Positions 1-8,077 are shown, counted from the stretch's first letter. The stretch is DNA of 22,512 nucleotides from an uncultured Eubacteriales bacterium (GCA_964568815.1 CAZMRY010000021.1:1-22512), one strand, 5' to 3'. Program-made: numbers and translations. Notes: a model not told the origin generated them from the letters alone.

Positions 1-1363
1 GTGATGTCATACCACCACGAACTGTTAAGATACCCTGAGCAGCTTTCATACCTGTAATATCTTCAGGTGATGTTTCAAGACGAACAAGAACAACTTTTTC
101 ACCTTTTTCATTCCATTCAACTGCATCTTCAGCTGTGAATACAATTTTACCGCATGCAGCACCAGGAGAAGCACCAAGACCTCTGCCCATAGGAGTTGCA
201 GCTTTAAGAGCTTTAGCATCAAACTGTGGGTGCAAGAGTGTATCAAGGTTTCTTGGGTCGATCATAAGAACAGCTTCCTGTTCTGAAATCATACCTTCGT
301 CAACAAGGTCACAAGCAATCTTAAGAGCAGCCTGTGCTGTTCTCTTACCATTTCTTGTCTGGAGCATATAAAGTTTTTTATCTTCAATAGTGAATTCCAT
401 ATCCTGCATATCACGATAGTGGTTTTCAAGCTTATTACAGATACCGATAAACTGTTCGTATACTTCAGGCATTACTTCTTTGAGCTGGTCGATGTGCTGT
501 GGTGTTCTAACACCCGCAACAACGTCTTCACCCTGTGCATTCATTAAGAATTCACCCATAAGTTTCTTTTCACCAGTAGCAGGGTCACGAGTAAATGCAA
601 CACCTGTACCTGATGTTTCACCCATGTTACCGAATGCCATCATCTGTACGTTAACAGCTGTACCCCATGAATAAGGGATATCGTTATCTCTTCTGTATAC
701 ATTAGCTCTTGGGTTGTCCCATGAACGGAATACAGCTTTAATAGCACCCATAAGCTGTTCTTTTGGATCATCTGGGAAATCGTTACCGATTTTTGCCTTA
801 TATTCTGCTTTAAACTGTGCAGCAAGTTCTTTAAGGTCATCAGCTGTAAGGTCAACGTCTTGAGTAACACCCTTAGCTTCTTTCATTTCGTCGATAAGCT
901 GTTCAAAATATTTCTTACCAACTTCCATAACTACATCAGAATACATCTGAATAAATCTTCTGTAGCAGTCCCAAGCCCATCTTGGGTTGCCTGACTTTTC
1001 TGCAATTGTATTAACAACCGCTTCATTAAGACCGAGGTTTAAGATAGTATCCATCATACCAGGCATTGATGCTCTAGCACCAGAACGAACTGATACTAAT
1101 AATGGATTTTCAAGATCTCCGAATTTCTTACCAACAACTTCTTCCATCTTTGCAATGTTTTCAAAAATTTCTTTCTGAATGTCTTCGTTGATAACTTTAC
1201 CGTCTTCATAATACTGAGTACATGCTTCTGTTGAAACTGTGAAACCCTGTGGAACAGGTAAACCAAGCTTTGTCATTTCAGCAAGGTTAGCACCTTTACC
1301 GCCGAGAAGATTTCTCATAGAAGCGTCACCTTCACTAAAAAGGTATACAAACTTTTTACTCAT
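1..1363 (-). CDS. ppdK: Pyruvate,phosphate dikinase, N-terminal 454 codons; the 3' end runs off the window
   Basis: My own translation from the ATG at 1363..1361 gives MSKKFVYLFSEGDASMRNLLGGKGANLAEMTKLGLPVPQGFTVSTEAC... and ends at the window edge with ...DITGMKAAQGILTVRGGMTS(H), the phospho-histidine loop of PPDK. An AAGGAGG SD sits at 1371-1377. I spot-checked the frame (low codon coordinate = 2 mod 3) at 1-60, 601-660 and 1261-1363 and found it open. The gene is missing from the ORF track, presumably because no stop codon lies inside the window. Confidence 0.93.
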   Translation of the reverse strand, partial: MSKKFVYLFSEGDASMRNLLGGKGANLAEMTKLGLPVPQGFTVSTEACTQYYEDGKVINEDIQKEIFENIAKMEEVVGKKFGDLENPLLVSVRSGARASMPGMMDTILNLGLNEAVVNTIAEKSGNPRWAWDCYRRFIQMYSDVVMEVGKKYFEQLIDEMKEAKGVTQDVDLTADDLKELAAQFKAEYKAKIGNDFPDDPKEQLMGAIKAVFRSWDNPRANVYRRDNDIPYSWGTAVNVQMMAFGNMGETSGTGVAFTRDPATGEKKLMGEFLMNAQGEDVVAGVRTPQHIDQLKEVMPEVYEQFIGICNKLENHYRDMQDMEFTIEDKKLYMLQTRNGKRTAQAALKIACDLVDEGMISEQEAVLMIDPRNLDTLLHPQFDAKALKAATPMGRGLGASPGAACGKIVFTAEDAVEWNEKGEKVVLVRLETSPEDITGMKAAQGILTVRGGMTS

Positions 1364-1413
1364 TTTTTATCCTCCTTAAATTTATTACCTATATTTAGTA
1401 CTATAACATATAG

Positions 1414-1442
1414 ATTATACACTTAAAAACCAAATTTGTAAA
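1414..1442 (-). promoter_or_regulatory. Sigma-A type promoter for ppdK
   Basis: The minus strand reads TTTACA (1442..1437), a 17-nt spacer, then TATAAT (1419..1414). This lies about 50 nt upstream of the ppdK ATG. Confidence 0.6.
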
Positions 1443-1461
1443 GTCTTTTTTGAAATAATTT

Positions 1462-1498
1462 ACAAAAGAAAACACTTGGGGTAAATGCCCCCAAGTGT
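1462..1498 (-). terminator. Rho-independent terminator after the permease pair
   Basis: A perfect 10-bp stem pairs ACACTTGGGG (1472-1481) with CCCCAAGTGT (1489-1498) around a 7-nt loop. On the minus-strand transcript it is followed by UUUUCUUUUG, and it begins 11 nt after the stop at 1509. Confidence 0.85.
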
Positions 1499-1508
1499 AA
1501 AATTTCTA

Positions 1509-2393
1509 TTAACCTTTAACAGCACCGATTGTAAGACCCTTTGTGAAGTGTTTCTGGAAGAATGGGAATATAACAAGAATCGGACCAGCAGCAAGGATAG
1601 CTGTTGCGTATCTCATTGCCTCAGTAGGTGTTTCGTAGTCTGCAAGCATACCTGTTTCTGCAGCCATTTTTTCAACGAATTCTACTTCTCTTAAGATTTT
1701 CTGCAACATATACTGGAGAGAATAAAGCTCTGCATCTCTTATGTATACAAGTGATGTATTCCAGTTGTTCCAGGTACCAACAGCAAGCATAAATGAAAGT
1801 GATGCAATACAAGGTTTTGAAAGCGGAAGAATAATCTGGAAGAATATTCTGAGTTCTGAAGCACCGTCAACCTTTGCAGATTCAACCAACGACTCAGGTA
1901 AGCCCTGGAAGAAAGTTCTCATAACAATGATGTTCCACGCACTTACACATCCGGGGAAAACATAAATCCAGAATGTGTTTCCAAGATGAAGCATCTTTGT
2001 ATTAATAAGGTATGAAGGTACAAGACCGCCGCTGAAAAGCATTGTAAAGAATACAAACCATGTGCAGAACTTTCTGAACTTAAAGTTAGGTCTTGAAAGT
2101 GGATATGCATAAAGTGCCTGAACCATAATAGCTAATACTGTATGTACGACTGTAAATGCTATTGTGGTTTTATATGAATCAATAAGCTGTTTAGGATTAG
2201 CAAATACATACCGATAAGCTGCAGTTGACCACTGCTTTGGAATAAGCTGATAGCCATACTGTGCAATTGCTGATTCATCTGTAAATGAAATAGCAATGAG
2301 AAGCCAGAATGGAATAAGATAACAAAGGCAGGCAATTACAAAGAATACATGCAGTCCAACCTGTCCCCATGGGAATTTTTTATTTACTGTCAT
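1509..2393 (-). CDS. Carbohydrate ABC transporter permease (LplC/YtcP-like, CUT1 family)
   Basis: 294-aa multi-TM protein carrying the BPD-transporter EAA loop ESAKVDGASELRIFFQIILPLSKP. A GAAAGGAGG SD lies 7 nt upstream of the ATG. Confidence 0.88.
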   Translation of the reverse strand: MTVNKKFPWGQVGLHVFFVIACLCYLIPFWLLIAISFTDESAIAQYGYQLIPKQWSTAAYRYVFANPKQLIDSYKTTIAFTVVHTVLAIMVQALYAYPLSRPNFKFRKFCTWFVFFTMLFSGGLVPSYLINTKMLHLGNTFWIYVFPGCVSAWNIIVMRTFFQGLPESLVESAKVDGASELRIFFQIILPLSKPCIASLSFMLAVGTWNNWNTSLVYIRDAELYSLQYMLQKILREVEFVEKMAAETGMLADYETPTEAMRYATAILAAGPILVIFPFFQKHFTKGLTIGAVKG

Positions 2394-2410
2394 TTAAATT
2401 GCCTCCTTTC

Positions 2411-3388
2411 TTAGAATAAACTGTTTTCAGGGCTGATTTTTCTAACAATCATGTTAACGCTAACAACCATAATAAGACCGATAACTGACTGGAATAAACC
2501 AATTGCAGATGAAGGTCCGATAGAGTTATTCATCAAGCCTCTGAATGTATATGTGTTAATAATATCTGTTGTTGGATATAAGAGACCAACGTCTCGTGTT
2601 GTCTGATAATGCAAACCAAAGTCACCATTGAAAATGCTACCCATTGCAAGTATTGTCTGGATAACAATAATCGGTATAAGATGAGGAATTGAGATATGCA
2701 TTGTTTTCTGCCATGTTGACGCACCATCAAGATCAGCAGCTTCAAATAATGAATCATCAATACCCATAAGTGAAGCATAGTAAAGAATTGAGCCATAACC
2801 AACTGTCTGCCATATATGTATTATGGTAAGTATAAACGGCCAAGCTGCAGGCCAAGCATACCAGTCAATGCCACCAGGGCCACCAAAAGCAGCAATTATC
2901 TGATTAAGTAAACCAGATACAGGATTAAGAAGTGCATAAACTATAAATGCAATAAGAACCATTGATAGGAACTTAGGCAAAATCATAATTGTGTTATATA
3001 CTTTAACAGAAATAGCACTCTTTAAGTTAAACATAAGCAATGCAAGTGCAACAGTACAAACCGTACCGATTATCATATAGTCTAAACTATACAAAATTGT
3101 GTTTCGTATGATTCTGAATGCATCATTAGATGTGAAGAAGAACTCAAAGTTTTCAAGTCCTATCCAGTCACTACCCCAGATACCTTTTACTGGGTTGAAT
3201 TTCTTAAATGCTACAACTACACCGAACATAGGTAAGTAATTGAAAATAAAACAAAGTACAATACCAGGCAATGTAAGAAGTAAAAGTTCAAGATTGTCCC
3301 TGAACACCTTCCAGAATTTTTTTCTGGGAGTTTTTATCTGCTCAGCAGTTTCTGCTAAACCGACATTTTTCATCTCTTCCTTTTTCAT
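2411..3388 (-). CDS. Carbohydrate ABC transporter permease (LplB/YteP-like)
   Basis: Multi-TM protein with the EAA-type loop EAADLDGASTWQKTMHISIPHL. The track ORF extends to 3499, but the ATG at 3388 (MKKEEMKNVG...) has an AAAGGAAA SD. The predicted promoter at 3425-3453 lies inside the longer ORF, so I take 3388 as the start. Confidence 0.82.
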   Translation of the reverse strand: MKKEEMKNVGLAETAEQIKTPRKKFWKVFRDNLELLLLTLPGIVLCFIFNYLPMFGVVVAFKKFNPVKGIWGSDWIGLENFEFFFTSNDAFRIIRNTILYSLDYMIIGTVCTVALALLMFNLKSAISVKVYNTIMILPKFLSMVLIAFIVYALLNPVSGLLNQIIAAFGGPGGIDWYAWPAAWPFILTIIHIWQTVGYGSILYYASLMGIDDSLFEAADLDGASTWQKTMHISIPHLIPIIVIQTILAMGSIFNGDFGLHYQTTRDVGLLYPTTDIINTYTFRGLMNNSIGPSSAIGLFQSVIGLIMVVSVNMIVRKISPENSLF

Positions 3389-3424
3389 ATTATGTTTCCT
3401 TTCATTATGTAATAACATAGATAA

Positions 3425-3453
3425 ATTATACAATAGTGTTGACAAAATTTCAA
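3425..3453 (-). promoter_or_regulatory. Sigma-A type promoter for the permease operon
   Basis: The minus strand reads TTGAAA (3453..3448), a 17-nt spacer, then TATAAT (3430..3425). The -10 is about 37 nt upstream of the ATG at 3388. Confidence 0.6.
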
Positions 3454-3457
3454 CACT
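3435..3457. promoter_or_regulatory. Perfect 8-bp inverted repeat overlapping the -35 and spacer; candidate operator
   Basis: AGTGTTGA-N7-TCACACT-type dyad: AGTGTTGA, a 7-nt spacer, then TCAACACT, with arms at 3435-3442 and 3450-3457. One arm contains the -35 hexamer. Confidence 0.45.
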
Positions 3458-3694
3458 TTTAATTGATTTTTTGTTACACTTTTCATCTTTTTCCAACATT
3501 TCATCATTTTTAACAACAATTTCTTGTGTTAAATGTCGAATAAAATACTTTATTTTGTGTAAAATTAAAATTTCAAGAAATCTTCTACAACAAGATATGC
3601 TCCTTTTTCAAGAGAATTCTTTGCAGAATCGATAGTAAGTTCAGGAAATCTGTCGTACCGCATCTGTGTGCAATAATTTTTACGGTTTACCTCC

Positions 3695-3732
3695 AAAATC
3701 AAAAGTGAGCAGTACTGATAGCAGTACTGCTC
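3695..3732 (-). terminator. Rho-independent terminator after ilvE
   Basis: A perfect 11-bp stem pairs GAGCAGTACTG (3707-3717) with CAGTACTGCTC (3722-3732) around a 4-nt loop. On the minus transcript it is followed by ACUUUUGAUUUUGG, and it starts 8 nt after the stop at 3740. Confidence 0.88.
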
Positions 3733-3739
3733 GAAAAAG

Positions 3740-4807
3740 TCAAACTTCTACTCTCCAACCAAATGGGTCGTCAATCTTACCCCACTGAATACCTGTTAAT
3801 GTATCATATAATTTCTGGCTGACTTCACCAATTTCACCATCACCGATAACCATAACATCATCACAATAACGGAGCTTTCCTACAGGAGAAATTACAGCAG
3901 CTGTACCTGTTCCGAAAACTTCTTCAAGACTTCCGTCTTTTGCAGCAGCAACAAGTTCATCAACTGAAATTTTTCTTTCTTCTACTTCATAACCTAAATG
4001 TTTGCACATATTGATTACAGAGTTTCTTGTAATACCAGGAAGAATGCTGCCATTAATCATAGGTGTTACAATTTTACCATTGATTTTGAAGAAAATATTC
4101 ATAGCTCCAACTTCTTCAATGTATTTTCTTTCTACACCGTCAAGCCAGAGAACCTGAGAATAGCCATCATCATGTGCTTTTACCTGAGCTTTTAAGCTTG
4201 CAGCATAGTTACCGCCTGTTTTAGCGAAACCAATACCGCCTTTTACTGCTCTTACATATTCATCTTCAATCCAGATGCCAACAGGTGCAAGACCGCTTGC
4301 GTAGTAAGCACCGCTTGGAGCAAGAATAATAATGAATAAATATGTTTTTGATGGTGCAACACCAAGGAATTCGTCAGTTGCGATAACAAATGGTCTGATG
4401 TAAAGAGATTCACCCTCACCTGATGGAATCCAGTCTTTATCTACATCAACAACAGCTTTTACAGCCTGTACAAAATCTTCTTCAGGAATTTCTGGAATGC
4501 AAAGTCTTTTATTTGATTCATTTGCTCTTTTAGCATTCATATCAGGTCTGAAAAGGTAAACTTTTCCATCTTCACCCTTGTATGCTTTCATACCTTCAAA
4601 CATAGTCTGTCCGTAATGGAAAACCATTGCTGAAGGGTCAAGAGAAATTGGTGCATATTCTTCAATTCTTGGATCGTGCCATCCTTTCCCTTCTGTATAG
4701 TTCATCACAAACATATGGTCTGTAAATATTTTACCGAAGCCAAGTGCATCGCCCGGCTTAAACTTTTCTTTAGGATTAGTTGTTTTATTAATTTTAATAT
4801 TAAGCAT
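3740..4807 (-). CDS. ilvE: Branched-chain amino acid aminotransferase (PLP fold type IV)
   Basis: 355 aa. The N-terminus ...FGKIFTDHMF..., then ...EGMKAYKGEDGKVYLFRP... and ...GGNYAASL..., are characteristic of IlvE. A GGAGG SD is present, and the gene lies 12 nt downstream of the oxidoreductase gamma subunit. Confidence 0.93.
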   Translation of the reverse strand: MLNIKINKTTNPKEKFKPGDALGFGKIFTDHMFVMNYTEGKGWHDPRIEEYAPISLDPSAMVFHYGQTMFEGMKAYKGEDGKVYLFRPDMNAKRANESNKRLCIPEIPEEDFVQAVKAVVDVDKDWIPSGEGESLYIRPFVIATDEFLGVAPSKTYLFIIILAPSGAYYASGLAPVGIWIEDEYVRAVKGGIGFAKTGGNYAASLKAQVKAHDDGYSQVLWLDGVERKYIEEVGAMNIFFKINGKIVTPMINGSILPGITRNSVINMCKHLGYEVEERKISVDELVAAAKDGSLEEVFGTGTAAVISPVGKLRYCDDVMVIGDGEIGEVSQKLYDTLTGIQWGKIDDPFGWRVEV

Positions 4808-4819
4808 TAAAATGCCTCC

Positions 4820-5350
4820 TTACATATCGTATCCTGTTTCTACAGCTTTAAGATTAAGCGCAATCATATCAGCTTTTTTTGGTGGAACAACCTTTTTAAG
4901 TCCATCTTCCAATCCATCAATGCTTACAGCACCTGTTTCTTTAATTGCCTTACCAACCATAATCATATTGGCAAGTGCAGGAGCTGAAATATCAGCAGCC
5001 ATTTGAGTTGCAGGAACATAAAATACATTAACATCTTCTCTTACAACTTTTCTTTTAATAAGTGTTGAGTCAACAATGATTGTGCCGCCACTTTTAACTT
5101 CGTTCTCATATTTATCAAGTGAAGGAAGGTTCATGGCAAATAAAACATCAGGATTACTTACAATCGGTGAACCAATAGGGTCATCACTTAAAATAATACT
5201 GCAATTTGCTGTACCGCCACGCATTTCAGGTCCATATGACGGAAGCCAGCTAACCTGCTTGCCTTCTGTAAGACCTTTATATGCAAGAAATTTACCAGCA
5301 AACAAAACACCCTGTCCGCCAAAACCTGCTATTAAAATCTGTGTAGCCAT
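4820..5350 (-). CDS. 2-oxoacid:ferredoxin oxidoreductase, gamma subunit
   Basis: 176 aa with the N-terminus [19 protein letters not shown] typical of the POR/KOR/VOR gamma domain. Its start overlaps the beta stop (TAATG). Confidence 0.88.
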   Translation of the reverse strand: MATQILIAGFGGQGVLFAGKFLAYKGLTEGKQVSWLPSYGPEMRGGTANCSIILSDDPIGSPIVSNPDVLFAMNLPSLDKYENEVKSGGTIIVDSTLIKRKVVREDVNVFYVPATQMAADISAPALANMIMVGKAIKETGAVSIDGLEDGLKKVVPPKKADMIALNLKAVETGYDM

Positions 5351-6096
5351 TATTTTTCCTCCCCACTTCTATCCTTATATACACCAAGAGGATAATAAGG
5401 AAGCATATTTTCATCAACCCATTTAAGAGCATCTGTTGGTTTCATACCCCAGTTTGTAGGACATGTTGATACAACTTCGATAAGAGAAAAGCCTTTTTTA
5501 TTAATCTGATTTTCAAAAGCTTTTTTAATAGCTTTCTTAGCTTTTCTGATGTTAGGAACATTGTTAACTGCAACTCTTTCAAGATATTCAGGTCCTTCAA
5601 GCTGTGCAAGCATTTCACAAACCTTTACAGGATAACCGCAATGGTTAACATCTCTTCCGTATGGAGATGTTTGTGTAACCTGACCGGGAAGTGATGTAGG
5701 AGCCATCTGACCACCTGTCATACCATAAATTGCGTTGTTAACAAAGATCACTGTAATATTTTCATTTCTTGCTGCAGAATGGACTGTTTCAGCCATTCCA
5801 ATAGATGCAAGGTCGCCATCACCCTGATATGTAAATACAATATTTTCAGGACATGAGCGTTTAACACCTGTAGCAACAGCAGGTGCTCTACCATGAGCTG
5901 CTTCAATCATATCGCATGCAAAATAATTATATGCCATAACAGCACATCCAACAGGTGCAACACCTATTGTTTTTCCTTCTATACCAAGCTCATCAATTGC
6001 TTCAGCAACGAGTCTGTGGATTATACCGTGAGTACATCCCGGACAATAATGAAACGGTGCATCAGTAAGAGCCTTTGGTTTTTCAAATACCTTCAT
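5350..6096 (-). CDS. 2-oxoacid:ferredoxin oxidoreductase, beta (TPP-binding) subunit
   Basis: 248 aa. It has the Cys cluster HYCPGCTHG near the N-terminus and the TPP motif [39 protein letters not shown]. Its start overlaps the alpha stop. Confidence 0.9.
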   Translation of the reverse strand: MKVFEKPKALTDAPFHYCPGCTHGIIHRLVAEAIDELGIEGKTIGVAPVGCAVMAYNYFACDMIEAAHGRAPAVATGVKRSCPENIVFTYQGDGDLASIGMAETVHSAARNENITVIFVNNAIYGMTGGQMAPTSLPGQVTQTSPYGRDVNHCGYPVKVCEMLAQLEGPEYLERVAVNNVPNIRKAKKAIKKAFENQINKKGFSLIEVVSTCPTNWGMKPTDALKWVDENMLPYYPLGVYKDRSGEEK

Positions 6097-7160
6097 TATT
6101 TAAGTCCTCCTTTTACTTCGTTAATTTTAGCAAGAACCTGTTCAGGAGACGGAATCATACCGCCAACTCTGTTGCAAAGCTCTACAGGCTTTTTGCATGA
6201 TGTAGCAAGTTTAATATCTTCAACCATCTGTCCCATTGAAAGCTCAACAGAAATAAATGCTTTGACTTTATCAGCTGCTTTTGATAATACTTTTTCAGGG
6301 AACGGCCAAAGAGTTATAGGTCTGATAAGACCAACTTTAATTCCTTGTTTTCTTGCTTCAATAACAGCATTCTGTGAAACTCTTGCAGCAATACCAAACG
6401 CAACAACACAAATTTCAGCATCATCCATCATAAACTCTTCAGCCATCTGTTCGTTTTCTTTAATCTGAGCATATTTTTCATATCTCTTATAGTTAAGCTG
6501 TTCAAGTTCTTCAGGAACAAGTGAAAGTGAGTTAACAATATTATGTTTTCTTTCACAGTTAGTACCTGTTGTAGCCCAAGGCTTTTCATATTTTGTAATC
6601 TGAACATCATCGCTGATTTCAACAGGTTCCATCATCTGTCCCATTGTACCGTCAGCAAGAATCATAGATGTCATTCTGTATTTATCAGCAAGGTCAAAAC
6701 CTTTAATTGTAAGGTCAGCCATTTCCTGAACTGATGAAGGAGCAAGGACTATCATATGGAAGTCTCCATGTCCGCCACCTTTAGTTGCCTGAAAGTAGTC
6801 TGACTGTGATGGCTGAATACCGCCAAGACCAGGTCCGCCTCTTTCTACATTAACAACAAGTGCAGGTAAATCACTTCCTGCCATATATGACAAACCCTCA
6901 CTCTTAAGTGAAATACCAGGGCTTGATGAAGATGTCATAACTCTCTTACCTGTTGATGAAACACCGTAAACCATATTGATTGCAGCAACTTCACTTTCAG
7001 CCTGAAGGAATACACCACCAATTTTTGGCATTTTCTTTGCCATATAAGCAGCTATTTCAGTCTGAGGTGTAATAGGATAACCAAAGTAATGCATACAACC
7101 TGCTTTTATTGCAGCTTCAGCAATAGCTTCGTTACCTTTCATTAAAACTTTATTTGCCAT
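6096..7160 (-). CDS. vorB: 2-oxoacid:ferredoxin oxidoreductase, alpha subunit (VorB-like)
   Basis: 354 aa. MANKVLMKGNEAIAEAAIKAGCMHYFGYPITPQTEI...AESEVAAINMVYG... is the pyrimidine-binding alpha domain. The branched-chain (VOR) specificity is inferred from sequence resemblance and from the ilvE linkage. It has not been demonstrated. Confidence 0.8.
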   Translation of the reverse strand: MANKVLMKGNEAIAEAAIKAGCMHYFGYPITPQTEIAAYMAKKMPKIGGVFLQAESEVAAINMVYGVSSTGKRVMTSSSSPGISLKSEGLSYMAGSDLPALVVNVERGGPGLGGIQPSQSDYFQATKGGGHGDFHMIVLAPSSVQEMADLTIKGFDLADKYRMTSMILADGTMGQMMEPVEISDDVQITKYEKPWATTGTNCERKHNIVNSLSLVPEELEQLNYKRYEKYAQIKENEQMAEEFMMDDAEICVVAFGIAARVSQNAVIEARKQGIKVGLIRPITLWPFPEKVLSKAADKVKAFISVELSMGQMVEDIKLATSCKKPVELCNRVGGMIPSPEQVLAKINEVKGGLK

Positions 7161-7169
7161 TTATCTTAC

Positions 7170-7376
7170 CTACCTTTCAACCATGATTATACAATCAGGA
7201 CACATAATAGCACACGATGCACATCCGATACATGCAGCTTCATCTGTAATTTCTACAGGTGAATGTCCCTTAAGATTAATTTTGTCTTTAGAAAGAACAA
7301 GTAAATTTTTCGGACATGCATTAACGCAAAGTCCGCAACCTTTACAAAGGTCAGTTTCAAAAGTTAATTTTGCCAT
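7170..7376 (-). CDS. 2-oxoacid:ferredoxin oxidoreductase, delta subunit (2x[4Fe-4S] ferredoxin)
   Basis: 68 aa with two CxxCxxCxxxCP motifs, CKGCGLCVNACP and CIGCASCAIMCP. Confidence 0.9.
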   Translation of the reverse strand: MAKLTFETDLCKGCGLCVNACPKNLLVLSKDKINLKGHSPVEITDEAACIGCASCAIMCPDCIIMVER

Positions 7377-7377
7377 A

Positions 7378-8058
7378 TTAATCCTCTTTCCTTATATCAA
7401 AATATTTTTTCTGTAAAGTTAATTCAAAAACATTATCATAATGTTTTATCAGTTCTTTTGCAACATCTGTTGTTGCAGATGTGAAAGCAACTTCGAGTCC
7501 TGTAAGTTTTTCAAGCTTACTGATGTAATCGTCACAGGAAATTACATCTTCAGGTTTTGTATCATTTCCAACGTTTGCATTATTTGCAATTGCTGTGAAT
7601 TTGATTTTACTTACAAGCTCTATTTCCCTCATAACCTCAACTGCCTCTTCAGGCGTAGTTGTAAGTGGTCTGTAAGGATTAACAACGAATATCATTTCGT
7701 AGTTATTTTCGCTAACAATATCTTCTGAATATCTGCCGAGTGCCAAAGCACCACGCTCATCACCGCCAATATCCATTACAACATACTTAGACTTATCAGC
7801 TAGTATTCTGTAAATATCTTTTGGCAGTGCAGGAGTGTCAAGATTTGTATTAGCCATATCGGAACAAACAAGTTCAATTCCAAGCTCATTTAAATCCTGC
7901 TCGCTGTCCTTCGTTCTGAAGTACGGATTTACAATATCAAGGTCAGCAATAACTGTATCAAAGCCATTATTTTTAATTTCTTTTGCATAATTTACGGCAA
8001 TATTTGTTTTTCCACTGCCATAATGACCTGCAAAAAGTGTTACTCTTTTAAATTCCAT
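7378..8058 (-). CDS. P-loop NTPase of unknown function (SIMIBI class, distant GPN-loop/MinD-like resemblance)
   Basis: 226 aa. It has a Walker A motif GHYGSGKT at residues 11-18, a DLDIVNP segment and a Walker-B-like VVMDIGGDERG. The NKxD position reads NNAN. The stop at 7378 is 1 nt from the delta-subunit ATG at 7376. An AGGAG SD lies 6 nt upstream of its own ATG. Confidence 0.65.
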   Translation of the reverse strand: MEFKRVTLFAGHYGSGKTNIAVNYAKEIKNNGFDTVIADLDIVNPYFRTKDSEQDLNELGIELVCSDMANTNLDTPALPKDIYRILADKSKYVVMDIGGDERGALALGRYSEDIVSENNYEMIFVVNPYRPLTTTPEEAVEVMREIELVSKIKFTAIANNANVGNDTKPEDVISCDDYISKLEKLTGLEVAFTSATTDVAKELIKHYDNVFELTLQKKYFDIRKED

Positions 8059-8077
8059 TTTTGTCTCCTATCTGATT

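Noticed and set aside
1451-1464. A cre-like sequence, TGAAATAATTTACA, upstream of the ppdK promoter. It would be a CcpA site on a glycolytic/gluconeogenic gene.
   Set aside because: It matches the outer positions of TGWAANCGNTNWCA but lacks the highly conserved central CG. It also overlaps the U-tract of the permease terminator, which already explains the A/T run.
3435-3470. A hairpin plus T-run read on the plus strand as a rho-independent terminator.
   Set aside because: No credible plus-strand gene ends upstream of it. The same dyad sits exactly on the -35 and spacer of a good minus-strand promoter, so an operator or promoter reading is preferred.
3389-3499. A 37-codon N-terminal extension of the LplB-like permease ORF, taken from the track start at 3499.
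   Set aside because: The extension (MLEKDEKCNKKSIKSVEILSTLLYNLSMLLHNERKHN) covers the predicted -35/-10 and the palindrome, and it has no SD. The ATG at 3388 has an SD and gives a normal-length permease.
3240-3635. A 131-aa plus-strand ORF spanning the permease 5' end and the upstream spacer.
   Set aside because: It is antisense to the permease N-terminus and runs through its promoter. The sequence is Phe/Ser/Ile/Leu-rich AT-driven translation with no SD and no motifs.
3565-3663. A 32-codon minus-strand ORF (MRYDRFPELTIDSAKNSLEKGAYLVVEDFLKF) in the 240-bp spacer between the ilvE terminator and the permease promoter. It could be a small protein or a relic of a lost gene, such as the missing binding protein.
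   Set aside because: There is no SD within range of the ATG, since the only GGAGG lies 26 nt upstream (27 nt from its last G to the ATG). It sits between a terminator and the next promoter, so it has no obvious transcript. I recognise no family in the peptide. It is worth a tblastn check only.
5893-6468. A 191-aa ORF on the plus strand, antisense to the junction of the oxidoreductase beta and alpha genes.
   Set aside because: It lies wholly antisense to two strongly supported genes. Its composition is Ser/Thr/Cys/Ile-rich, as expected for the reverse frame of a codon-biased gene. It has no SD and no recognisable motif. The same reasoning applies to the other plus-strand ORFs inside minus-strand genes (3998-4195, 4812-5006, 5076-5426, 6543-6734, 7183-7416, 7441-7728, 8596-8838, 9037-9219, 9669-9935, 10514-10870, 10992-11174, 12556-12738, 13598-13816, 14331-14552, 15633-15815, 18637-18819, 19252-19458, 20053-20382) and to the minus-strand ORFs inside the MATE gene (21807-22010, 22074-22289).
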